From contig JAGBES010000001.1 in NCBI GenBank assembly GCA_017936845.1, forward strand, positions 11,026-75,025: a stretch of 64,000 nt of DNA. The letters are read 5' to 3'. The notes below the pieces were generated by a model, which worked only from the letters and a program-made list of their open reading frames with translations, was not told the DNA's origin and did not search any database. Made by a program: the position numbers and the translations under genes. The DNA is from Bacilli bacterium. GTDB taxonomy: Bacteria > Bacillota_I > Bacilli_A > RF39 > UBA660. How positions within the stretch are numbered: the stretch's first letter is position 1; every line of letters starts with the position of its first letter. Below, in pieces: positions 46,605 through 55,246 of the stretch.

Positions 46605-47204
46605 ATGTATATAAAAGAAGATTTAAAATATTTTTCATTAGAACCAGAAATAAGTGATAAGACACTAACTATACATTATAATAATCATTATTTAAATTAT
46701 TTAAAAAAACTAAATAGTTTATTAAAAGAATATGATGTTAAATATACAAAAGAAGAATTATTTAAACATATAGATGAATTTAATATAAAAGATAGAGATA
46801 AAATATTATTTAATTTAGGTGGTGTAGTAAACCATGAATTATATTTTAATAGTATTAGTAATTTAAAAAATAATAAACCGATAAAAAGTATAGAAATAGC
46901 TATAAATAAAGATTATGGAAATTATAATAACTTTAAAAAGGAATTTAAAGATAAAGCATTAGAACTTACAGGATCAGGATACACATTTTTAGTAATAAAT
47001 AAAGAGGGAAATCTACAAATAGTAAACATGAGTAATCAAGAAAGTCCATATCTATATGGAATGATACCAATACTAACACTTGATTTATGGGAACATTCAT
47101 ATTATTTAGACTATCAAAATAATAAAGAAAAATATATTGATGCTTTTTTTAAAATAATTGATTTTGATAAAATAAATACAACATATGAAAAAAATAAAAT
47201 ATAA
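46605..47204 (+). CDS. sodA: Fe/Mn superoxide dismutase
   Basis: HYNNHYLNYLKKLN, VNHELYF and the C-terminal LDLWEHSYYLDYQN metal-ligand motifs. Confidence 0.92.
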   Translation: MYIKEDLKYFSLEPEISDKTLTIHYNNHYLNYLKKLNSLLKEYDVKYTKEELFKHIDEFNIKDRDKILFNLGGVVNHELYFNSISNLKNNKPIKSIEIAINKDYGNYNNFKKEFKDKALELTGSGYTFLVINKEGNLQIVNMSNQESPYLYGMIPILTLDLWEHSYYLDYQNNKEKYIDAFFKIIDFDKINTTYEKNKI

Positions 47205-49233
47205 TTATTATAAAAAATATAAAGATATTAAAGAAATAATAGAAAAAAGATACAATATATTAATAATAATAATAATGATAGTAATAATGGTATTGTTTAT
47301 TAAATTGTTTTCAGTACAGGTGATAAAAAGAGAATACTATAATCAAAAATTAAAAGAGTTAACAGATAATAAAATAGAAGGAACAACAGCACCTAGAGGA
47401 AGAATATATGATCGAAATCATAAATTAATAGTTGATAATAAGCCTAAGAAAATAATATATTATGAAAAAAAAGGATTAACAATAAAACAAGAAATAGAAC
47501 TAGCATATCAATTAGCTAATTATTTAGAAATAAATGTTTTAGGAAATGATAATATATATAAAACTTTTTGGATAAAAAAATATCCAAATAAAGCAAATGA
47601 AAAAATAACTAAACAAGAATATGAATTATTAGAAATGAGAAAAATAACAAATAACGATATCTTAAAATATAAAATGGATAGAATAACAGAAGAAGAACTA
47701 AATAAATTTAATGATTTGGATAAAGAAGCAGCATATATATATTATTTAATGAATAAAGGATATAAAAAAGATGAAAAAATAATAAAAGAAGAAGATGTAT
47801 CAGATGAAGAATATGCATTGATAGCATCTAATTTAAATAAACTAAAAGGAGTTAATATTAGACTCGATTGGGATAGAATATATCTTTATCAAAATACTTT
47901 TAAGTCAATTCTTGGAACAGTCTCAGAAAATGTTCCACTAGATTTAGAAGATTATTATTTAGAAAAAGGATATAACTTAGATGATAGAGTAGGAACTAGC
48001 TATTTAGAATATCAATATGATGATTATTTAAAAGGTGAAAAAAATATATATGAAATAAATGAAAATAATGATAAAGTATTAAAAAAAGAGGGAAAAAGAG
48101 GAAATGATATTGTATTAACAATAGATATAGAATTACAAAAAGATATAGAAGAAATATTAGAAGAAGAATTAATAAAAACTAAGAAAGAAAAAAATACAGA
48201 ATATTATAATAGATCATTTGTTATTATAACAAATCCTAAAACAGGAGAGATTCTAGCAATGGCAGGTAAACAAATAATTGAAAATGAAAAAAGTTATAAA
48301 ATATATGATTATACTCCAGGAGTTGCAACATCTCCATTAACAGTAGGATCAGTTGTAAAAGGAGCATCACACATAGTAGGATATAATAATAAAGCATTAA
48401 AAATAGGTGAAATTAGAAGTGACAATTGTGTTAAATTAGCTGGAACTCCTCTAAAATGTTCATGGAGACCACTTGGTGTATTAAATGATATAACTGCTTT
48501 AAAAAAATCTTCAAATACATATCAATATTATACAGCGATGAAAGTAGCTAATACAAAATATGTTTATAATGGAAGTATGAGTCCAAATAAAGAAGCTTTT
48601 GATAAATATAGAAAAACATTTAATGAATTTGGATTAGGAACTAAAACAGGGATTGATTTACCAGTAGAAAGCACTGGAAATATAGGAAAAAGTTATGTAG
48701 GTGGTTTATTATTAGATTTTTCAATAGGACAATATGATACATATACACCACTTCAATTAGCACAGTATATAGGTACAATAGCTAATAATGGTTCTAGAAT
48801 GCAACTACATTTACTAGATAGTGTTTATTCATCAAAAAATAACGAGAAAATATATAGCTACAAAGCAAAAGAACTAAATAAAGTAAGTACAGAAGAAAAA
48901 TACTTAAATAGAGTAAAAGAAGGATTTAAAGAAGTAATGAAATATGGAGGAACAGGATCAGGATATATAGATTTAAAATACAAACCGGCTGGAAAAACAG
49001 GTACAAGTCAAAGTTTTATAGATACTAATTCAGATGGAAAAATAGACAAAGAAACAGTAAGTGCTACTTTTGTAGGGTATGCTCCTTATGATGATCCTGA
49101 AGTAACATTTACAGTAGCTTCTCCTGATATATATAATTATGATAATTATAGTAATTATCAAACTAATGTAAATAGAAGAATAGTATCAAGAGTAAGCAAA
49201 CTTTATTTTGAAAAATATTATAAAACTAATTAA
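47185..49233 (+). CDS. Class B penicillin-binding protein (PBP2/MrdA- or SpoVD-like transpeptidase)
   Basis: N-terminal TM, dimerisation domain (APRGRIYDRN) and transpeptidase motifs SVVK (SxxK), SSN (SxN) and KTGT. Confidence 0.9.
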   Translation: MKKIKYNYYKKYKDIKEIIEKRYNILIIIIMIVIMVLFIKLFSVQVIKREYYNQKLKELTDNKIEGTTAPRGRIYDRNHKLIVDNKPKKIIYYEKKGLTIKQEIELAYQLANYLEINVLGNDNIYKTFWIKKYPNKANEKITKQEYELLEMRKITNNDILKYKMDRITEEELNKFNDLDKEAAYIYYLMNKGYKKDEKIIKEEDVSDEEYALIASNLNKLKGVNIRLDWDRIYLYQNTFKSILGTVSENVPLDLEDYYLEKGYNLDDRVGTSYLEYQYDDYLKGEKNIYEINENNDKVLKKEGKRGNDIVLTIDIELQKDIEEILEEELIKTKKEKNTEYYNRSFVIITNPKTGEILAMAGKQIIENEKSYKIYDYTPGVATSPLTVGSVVKGASHIVGYNNKALKIGEIRSDNCVKLAGTPLKCSWRPLGVLNDITALKKSSNTYQYYTAMKVANTKYVYNGSMSPNKEAFDKYRKTFNEFGLGTKTGIDLPVESTGNIGKSYVGGLLLDFSIGQYDTYTPLQLAQYIGTIANNGSRMQLHLLDSVYSSKNNEKIYSYKAKELNKVSTEEKYLNRVKEGFKEVMKYGGTGSGYIDLKYKPAGKTGTSQSFIDTNSDGKIDKETVSATFVGYAPYDDPEVTFTVASPDIYNYDNYSNYQTNVNRRIVSRVSKLYFEKYYKTN

Positions 49234-49300
49234 AAAGTGTTTTATTTTAACAAAAAACATGTTATAATAATGATAACGTGCTCAAAAAGGAGGAAGATTT

Positions 49301-49468
49301 ATGGCTAAAAAAGGTGAAAACAGAGAACTTGTAACATTAAAATGTACTGTTTGTAATGAAAAAAATTATCGTACACCAAAAAATAAAAAAAATACAACAG
49401 AGCGTTTAGAATTAAATAAATATTGTCCAAAATGTAAAAAACATACTGCACATAAGGAAGAAAAATAA
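49301..49468 (+). CDS. rpmG: 50S ribosomal protein L33 (not in ORF track)
   Basis: My hand translation gives [55 protein letters not shown], with a Cys4 zinc ribbon. RBS AAAGGAGGA precedes it and a terminator hairpin follows at ~49473-49497. Confidence 0.93.
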   Translation: MAKKGENRELVTLKCTVCNEKNYRTPKNKKNTTERLELNKYCPKCKKHTAHKEEK

Positions 49469-49513
49469 AACTAAATAAGGTTAAACCTTATTTTTTGATA
49501 AGAGGAGAGTATT

Positions 49514-50071
49514 ATGATAAATGTAAATGATATTAAAAATGGAATGACACTTATGATAGAGGGAAACATCTATCAAGTAATTGAATTCTTACATGTAAAA
49601 CCTGGAAAAGGTTCAGCTTTCATGAAAACTAAATTAAAAAATATGAGAACTGGTGGAATTGTTGAAAGAACATTTAATACCAATGTTAAGTTTGAAAAAG
49701 CTAATATTACAAGATCGAATGTACAATATTTATATAATACAGGAGATACATACTATTTCATGAATATGGAAACATATGAACAATTAGAATTATCTGCTGA
49801 TCAAATTGGAGACGATAAATATTATTTAATAGAAAATGGAACAGTAGATTTAGTACAATATGAAGGAGAATTATTAGGATTAGTTCTTCCAGATAAAATA
49901 GAATTTACTGTAACAGAAACAGAACCTGCTGTAAAAGGAAATACTACAAATAATGCATTAAAAGATGCTTATGTAGAAACAGGTTTACTTGTAAAAGTAC
50001 CTTTGTTTATAGAACAAGGTGAAAAAATATTAGTAACAACAGCTGATGGAAAATATTCATCGCGTGCATAA
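49514..50071 (+). CDS. efp: Elongation factor P
   Basis: 185 aa with VKPGKGSAF (modified-Lys loop). The sequence is typical EF-P throughout. A terminator hairpin ATGACTT-gctat-AAGTCAT plus T-run follows at 50072-50098. Confidence 0.95.
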   Translation: MINVNDIKNGMTLMIEGNIYQVIEFLHVKPGKGSAFMKTKLKNMRTGGIVERTFNTNVKFEKANITRSNVQYLYNTGDTYYFMNMETYEQLELSADQIGDDKYYLIENGTVDLVQYEGELLGLVLPDKIEFTVTETEPAVKGNTTNNALKDAYVETGLLVKVPLFIEQGEKILVTTADGKYSSRA

Positions 50072-50412
50072 ATGACTTGCTATAAGTCATTTTTTATGTT
50101 ATTATGTATATAGGTGAAAGAATCTTCATAAAATAAAAAAGTAACACTTAATATTGCATTGTTGAGTGTAGCCATAAATGCTTATGGTCCACCTAAATCA
50201 AAGCTGAGTTAGGTGGATTTCTTTTATATTAAAACTATAAGTAGCAATAATATTAAAAGCAAGATAGTGATTACTTAAGAAAAGATTAAAATATCTTTCT
50301 TGTTCATATTATAGCCTTCCTTCAATTTGAAGTTTGGCTCCACCCAACTATTAAATGTTCCAAACTAATTATGCTAACAAATATTCTTTATATAATAGAA
50401 AAGGAGTAATAT

Positions 50413-51150
50413 ATGAAAAAAACAGCTTTAATAACAGGAGCAAGTTCAGAAGTAGGTAGTTCTATATCAAAAATATTAGCTTCCAATAATATAAATATAA
50501 TAATTCATTATAATACTAATTATGAAAGTGCATCTAAATTAGAAAAAGAAATAAAAGAAAAATATAATATAGAAACGTTACTTATAAAAGCAGATTTAAC
50601 TAAAGAAGAAGAAATAGATAAGTTATTAGAAGAATCTATAAAAAAATTTAAAAAGATAGATATATTAATAAATAATGCAGCTTTAGATAAACCATGTTTA
50701 TTTAGTGAGAAAACAAGTGATAATTTTAAAGAAATATTAGATGTAAATTTAATAGCGCCATTTTTAATTAGTAAAAAAATAGGACAATTAATGGTAGAAA
50801 ATAAATATGGCAAAATAATTAATATAGCTTCTACTAATGGCATAGATACATATTATCCAATGTGTTTAGATTATGATGCATCAAAAGCAGCTTTAATTTC
50901 TTTAACACATAATCTAGCTTTAGAATTTAAACCATATGTTAATGTAAATGCTATTGCTCCTGGTTCTCTTAAAACAGAAAAAGATATGAAAGATTTAGAT
51001 AGTGATTATATAAGAAGTGAAGAAGAAAAAATATTTAAAGAAAGATTTGGTAGAGTTGAAGAAATAGCTTATTTAGTAGAGTTTTTAATAAGTGAAAAAG
51101 CAGACTATATAAATAATCAAGTTATTAGAATAGATGGTGGGATGTACTAA
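50413..51150 (+). CDS. Short-chain dehydrogenase/reductase (FabG-like)
   Basis: TGASSEVG (TGxxxGxG), NNAA, and catalytic YDASKAAL (YxxxK). Confidence 0.85.
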   Translation: MKKTALITGASSEVGSSISKILASNNINIIIHYNTNYESASKLEKEIKEKYNIETLLIKADLTKEEEIDKLLEESIKKFKKIDILINNAALDKPCLFSEKTSDNFKEILDVNLIAPFLISKKIGQLMVENKYGKIINIASTNGIDTYYPMCLDYDASKAALISLTHNLALEFKPYVNVNAIAPGSLKTEKDMKDLDSDYIRSEEEKIFKERFGRVEEIAYLVEFLISEKADYINNQVIRIDGGMY

Positions 51151-52352
51151 TGATAGAACAAGCAGAAAAAAAAATAGAAAAACAATTAAAAAAGATAGAT
51201 AAAATATGTGAAGTGAATAGCTTAAAAGTACTAAATGCTTTTCATAAAAATGAAATATCAGAAATTCATTTTAATTCAACTACAGGTTATGGTTATAATG
51301 ATATTGGGAGAGAAGCAATAGAAAATGTATTCAAAGATATATTTAAAGCAGAAAAAGCATTAGTTAGAAATCAATTAATATCAGGTTCACATGCTTTATG
51401 TGTTACATTATTTGCTTTACTTAGGCCAAATGATTTGTTACTTAGTATAACTGGAAAACCATATGACACTTTAGATGAAGTAATAGGTATTAAGGAAAAT
51501 AAAAGTTCTTTAAAATCATATGGAATAAAATATGATCAAATAGATCTTATAAATAATGAATTTGATAAAGATAAAATATTAAAATATTTAAAAAATAATA
51601 AAGTAAAAGTAATAGAAATTCAAAGATCAAGAGGTTATTCAACTAGAAAAAGCATAACAATAGAAAAATTAGAAGAAATAATAAAAGAAATAAGAAGAGT
51701 AGATAAAGAAGTAATAATAATGGTTGATAATTGTTATTGTGAATTTGTAAGTGATAGAGAACCTATAGAGGTTGGAGCTGATATTGTAGTAGGATCACTA
51801 ATAAAAAATTTAGGTGGAGGAATTGCTCCTAATGGTGCTTATATTGTAGGAAGAAAAGATTTAGTTGAGCTTGCTGGAGAAAGACTTACACTTCCAGGAG
51901 AAGGAATGGAAGTTGGACCAACATTAGGAATAAATAAAAGTTTTTTACAAGGAATATATATGGCACCTAGTGTTGTAAAAAATAGCTTAAAAACTGCTAT
52001 CTTAGCAAGTCAAGTATTGTTAGATTTAGGATATGATGTCGATCCAAAACCAAATGATGTAAGAGCAGATATTGTACAAATGATAACATTTAATGATAAA
52101 GAAAAATTAATTAAATTTGTACAAGGAATACAAAAAGGTTCTGCTATTGATTCAAATGTACTTCCAGTACCAGATGATATGCCAGGATATGATGATCAAA
52201 TAATAATGGCATCAGGTTCATTTACGCAAGGATCTTCGATAGAATTTTCTTGTGATGGACCACTTAGAGATCCTTATATAGCTTATTTACAAGGAAGTAT
52301 GACTTATGAATATGGAAAAATAGGAATAGGAATTGCTATAGAAAATTTATAA
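51150..52352 (+). CDS. PLP-dependent methionine gamma-lyase-family protein (YnbB / 'aluminium resistance' family)
   Basis: N-terminal LKVLNAFHKNEISEIHFNSTTGYGYNDIGREAIE and GSLIKNLGGG (PLP-Lys region) match my recollection of this family. Confidence 0.75.
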   Translation: MIEQAEKKIEKQLKKIDKICEVNSLKVLNAFHKNEISEIHFNSTTGYGYNDIGREAIENVFKDIFKAEKALVRNQLISGSHALCVTLFALLRPNDLLLSITGKPYDTLDEVIGIKENKSSLKSYGIKYDQIDLINNEFDKDKILKYLKNNKVKVIEIQRSRGYSTRKSITIEKLEEIIKEIRRVDKEVIIMVDNCYCEFVSDREPIEVGADIVVGSLIKNLGGGIAPNGAYIVGRKDLVELAGERLTLPGEGMEVGPTLGINKSFLQGIYMAPSVVKNSLKTAILASQVLLDLGYDVDPKPNDVRADIVQMITFNDKEKLIKFVQGIQKGSAIDSNVLPVPDDMPGYDDQIIMASGSFTQGSSIEFSCDGPLRDPYIAYLQGSMTYEYGKIGIGIAIENL

Positions 52353-52375
52353 TACTATTGATAAGGAGAATTTAA

Positions 52376-53752
52376 ATGATAAAAAGTAATTTTTCATATA
52401 ATAAAATTAAAATTAATAACAATAAAAGTGATAGAACTGATTTAAAAAAAATTATGAATAAACAAGATATAAATCAAACATCGACATTAAATAAAAACAA
52501 TATTACTGAAACAGTAAATTTAGAAGATTTATATGAAGATGCTACAAGATTTACTAATAATGTTTTCTCAAAAATTAAGACAAATGTAGAATTAAATAAT
52601 CATGGAATATTAAATCATAAAACTATAAAAAGTATTAATGATTCAAAAAATAAATTAGTATCAGATCAATATCATATTAGTGATGATATTTATGATTGTG
52701 ATTCTACAACATTAGATGATATATATAATAATATAGTTAAAATATCTAATGTAAAAAAAATTACATCGACATTTAATGATAAAGTTAATATATTTAATAA
52801 TACCAAAACAACTTTAAATTATGATGGTACAGAACTAAATTATAGTAAAAGGGAAAAAAATGATAATGTAATTAATTATTATGCTGAAAATGGTAATTTA
52901 ATAAAACAAGTATATTTAGATAGTAATTCAGTAACTTTTTACAATGTGAAAAATGAAGGAAATACTGGAATAGATTCTGTAAATATTGATTCAGATGGTA
53001 ATATAGTGTATATTAATTCAAATTTTAATTCTAAATATTATAAATTAAATGATGGTTCTTATGCTTATTTTAGAGATAATGATGGTAATAATAAAACAAA
53101 TAGTAATTATTGTACAGTATATCATTCTGATGGAACAGAAGAAACATATAATGGTAATGGTCAATTAACTGAAAGAGTCGTTAAAGATTCTGATTCTCGA
53201 ATTTATTATAATAGGAAAGAAGATGGATCTATAATTGAAATTAGCAATAATAACTATACTTTAAGAAAATATGATTCAAGTGGTAATATTGTATATCAAA
53301 AAAATGAAGATGGTAGTGCAACTTTATATGATGATAATGGTAATGTTGTAGGAACAGAGTATATTGGTAGCACACCTTGGTCTAAATATGATAATCCAAA
53401 TACGATAATTACTGCAACTGATTCTGAAATACAGGTTTATGATCCAGATACAAGAATTTTAACTGTATTAGATTATCAAAAAAATTTAAAATCGCAATAT
53501 ATAGAAGATGGAGAGATTAATATTAGTTATGGAGTAGATGGAATGGTTTCAAATGCATCTGCCAATTGCATTTTAGAAAACGGATCATTTACTGGAAGAA
53601 CTGAATATAATTCAGATGGAACATATATAACATATGATAACAATAATAATGCTAGAATTATAACAGCTTTAAATGGTAGTGTGACTTTTTATGATGAAAA
53701 TAATAATCCTATAATGACAGTAAATAAAAATGGTGAAGTAAAAAAATATTGA
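52376..53752 (+). CDS. Asn-rich YD-repeat-like protein without signal peptide (candidate T7SS-associated cargo)
   Basis: Repeated Y-D/N-x-x-G-N-(I/V/L) beta-hairpin-like units: YAENGNLIKQVY, DSDGNIVYIN, YNGNGQLTERV, YDSSGNIVYQKNEDGSATLYDDNGNVVG, FYDENNNPIMTVNKNGEV. There is no TM and no Sec signal. It lies directly upstream of the T7SS genes. Confidence 0.45.
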   Translation: MIKSNFSYNKIKINNNKSDRTDLKKIMNKQDINQTSTLNKNNITETVNLEDLYEDATRFTNNVFSKIKTNVELNNHGILNHKTIKSINDSKNKLVSDQYHISDDIYDCDSTTLDDIYNNIVKISNVKKITSTFNDKVNIFNNTKTTLNYDGTELNYSKREKNDNVINYYAENGNLIKQVYLDSNSVTFYNVKNEGNTGIDSVNIDSDGNIVYINSNFNSKYYKLNDGSYAYFRDNDGNNKTNSNYCTVYHSDGTEETYNGNGQLTERVVKDSDSRIYYNRKEDGSIIEISNNNYTLRKYDSSGNIVYQKNEDGSATLYDDNGNVVGTEYIGSTPWSKYDNPNTIITATDSEIQVYDPDTRILTVLDYQKNLKSQYIEDGEINISYGVDGMVSNASANCILENGSFTGRTEYNSDGTYITYDNNNNARIITALNGSVTFYDENNNPIMTVNKNGEVKKY

Positions 53753-53801
53753 AAATTAAAAATTTTGATATAATAATATTGAATGATATGGAGGTTAAGT
53801 T

Positions 53802-54086
53802 ATGAATTAAGAAAAATATTTACCTATTGGTACAGTAGTAATGTTAAAAAATGCTGAAAAAAGAATTATGATAACAGGATTTTTATGTGTGGAAAAAAAT
53901 AATAGTGAAAAAATATATGATTATACAGGGTGCTTATATCCAGAAGGTTATATAAGTGCTGATAAATCATTGTTGTTTAATCATGACCAAATAGATAAGA
54001 TTTATCATTTAGGTTTAAAAGATATAGAAGAAGAAAAATTTAAACAAAAATTAAATGAAATAGAAAAGAATGTAAAATCTAATTAA
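53802..54086 (+). pseudogene. DUF4176-family gene with in-frame stop at codon 3
   Basis: RBS GGAGG lies 7 nt before ATG 53802, then ATG AAT TAA GAA AAA TAT TTA CCT ATT GGT ACA GTA GTA. This reads MN*EKYLPIGTVV..., against MKYEKYLPIGTVV in the intact paralog at 60056. The rest (to 54086) is highly similar to that paralog. Confidence 0.7.
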
Positions 54087-54326
54087 GTTAATTAAAAATA
54101 AAAACACCAAATTTTTGTCAAAATATTTTTTTAATAATTTATATTGTAAAATTAAATAATAATAGATTTGTTATTAAGGTTATCTAGATATTTTATTCAT
54201 AAAATTTTCTTGGATGAATTCATGAATAAGATATAAAAAAATTATTATTATTTTACATTAAAGTATCAAAAACAATTGATACTTTTTTTAAAAATATTAT
54301 AATTATATATGATATAGGAGGTTATT

Positions 54327-54746
54327 ATGAGTAATGTAGAAAAAATAAAGATGAATATAAATATTAGCGATAGCATAAAAAAATATAGTACAAATAATAA
54401 TTCTTCTAATAGAAATGTGTTAAAAATAAATGAAATAAAACAAGAAATAGATAATTTAGAAATTGAAGAATGTAATTTAAATAAAAACGTTCAATATTTT
54501 TATTTAAATACTGGGGCTGTAAGTTCTAATGTAATATCTTCATTAACAGGTTCAAATGTATTAGAAATAAATGCAGAAGAATGGTTTCAAAATGATTTAA
54601 AACCTAAAATATTAAATATAGTGAAAAATTATGGTCAAATGGAAGTTTTGATTAAAAGAAAATCTAGAATGATAGTGGTTGATCCACCTGGAATAACATA
54701 TATAAATGGAGTCCCAAAAAAAAGTATAACAGTTTTATTAGTTTAG
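54327..54746 (+). CDS. Hypothetical protein
   Basis: 139 aa with RBS AGGAGG. No TM and no recognised motif. Confidence 0.4.
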   Translation: MSNVEKIKMNINISDSIKKYSTNNNSSNRNVLKINEIKQEIDNLEIEECNLNKNVQYFYLNTGAVSSNVISSLTGSNVLEINAEEWFQNDLKPKILNIVKNYGQMEVLIKRKSRMIVVDPPGITYINGVPKKSITVLLV

Positions 54747-54756
54747 GAGGTTTAAT

Positions 54757-55144
54757 ATGAATAATTTTATTAATAATGATGAAAGATTTATAGCAAATAA
54801 TAATGAGTATAGGGTTACTTCAAGTGATGGCTCTGACATTCAAGGAGCTATAAAAGAAAGAAAAGAATATTCAAATACTAAAGCATTAGAAAAATATATG
54901 CCAATAGGAAGTGTAGTAAGAATAAAAGGCTTAGGAAAGTTTCTAATGATAGTTGGATTTAATTATAACAATAATAATAATCAAAAATATGATTATATTG
55001 CCTGTGAATATCCATATGGAATATGGATACTATAATTTTAATCATGAAGATATTCAAAAAATTTATTTCGTTGGATATGTAAATTTATTGGAAAAAGAGT
55101 TTAAAGAAGATATGGATAATAATAAATTAAAAACAGAAAAATAA
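54757..55144 (+). pseudogene. DUF4176-family gene with N-terminal extension, interrupted by a frameshift
   Basis: Frame A reads ...KYMPIGSVVRIKGLGKFLMIVGF...KYDYIACEYPYGIWIL* (stop at 55035). Frame B continues YYNFNHEDIQKIYFVGYVNLLEKEF...* (to 55144). Together they parallel the intact paralog (YLPIGTVV...YDYTGCLYPEGY...FDHNQIDKIYYLGL). I count 16 nt between the GGA of PYG and the TTT of FNH, which is not a multiple of 3. Confidence 0.65.
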
Positions 55145-55246
55145 TAAATTTTATTTTTTTGTTTTTTTATATACTAAACTTAAAAAAGTTCATTTACATA
55201 TCAAAATACAAATGATATAATTATATAAGAATAATAGGGTGATTTT

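Noticed and set aside
52376-53752. Whether the 458-aa protein could be the missing EssB/YukC
   Set aside because: EssB has a central TM helix and an N-terminal pseudokinase fold. This protein has no hydrophobic segment at all and consists of YD-like repeats.
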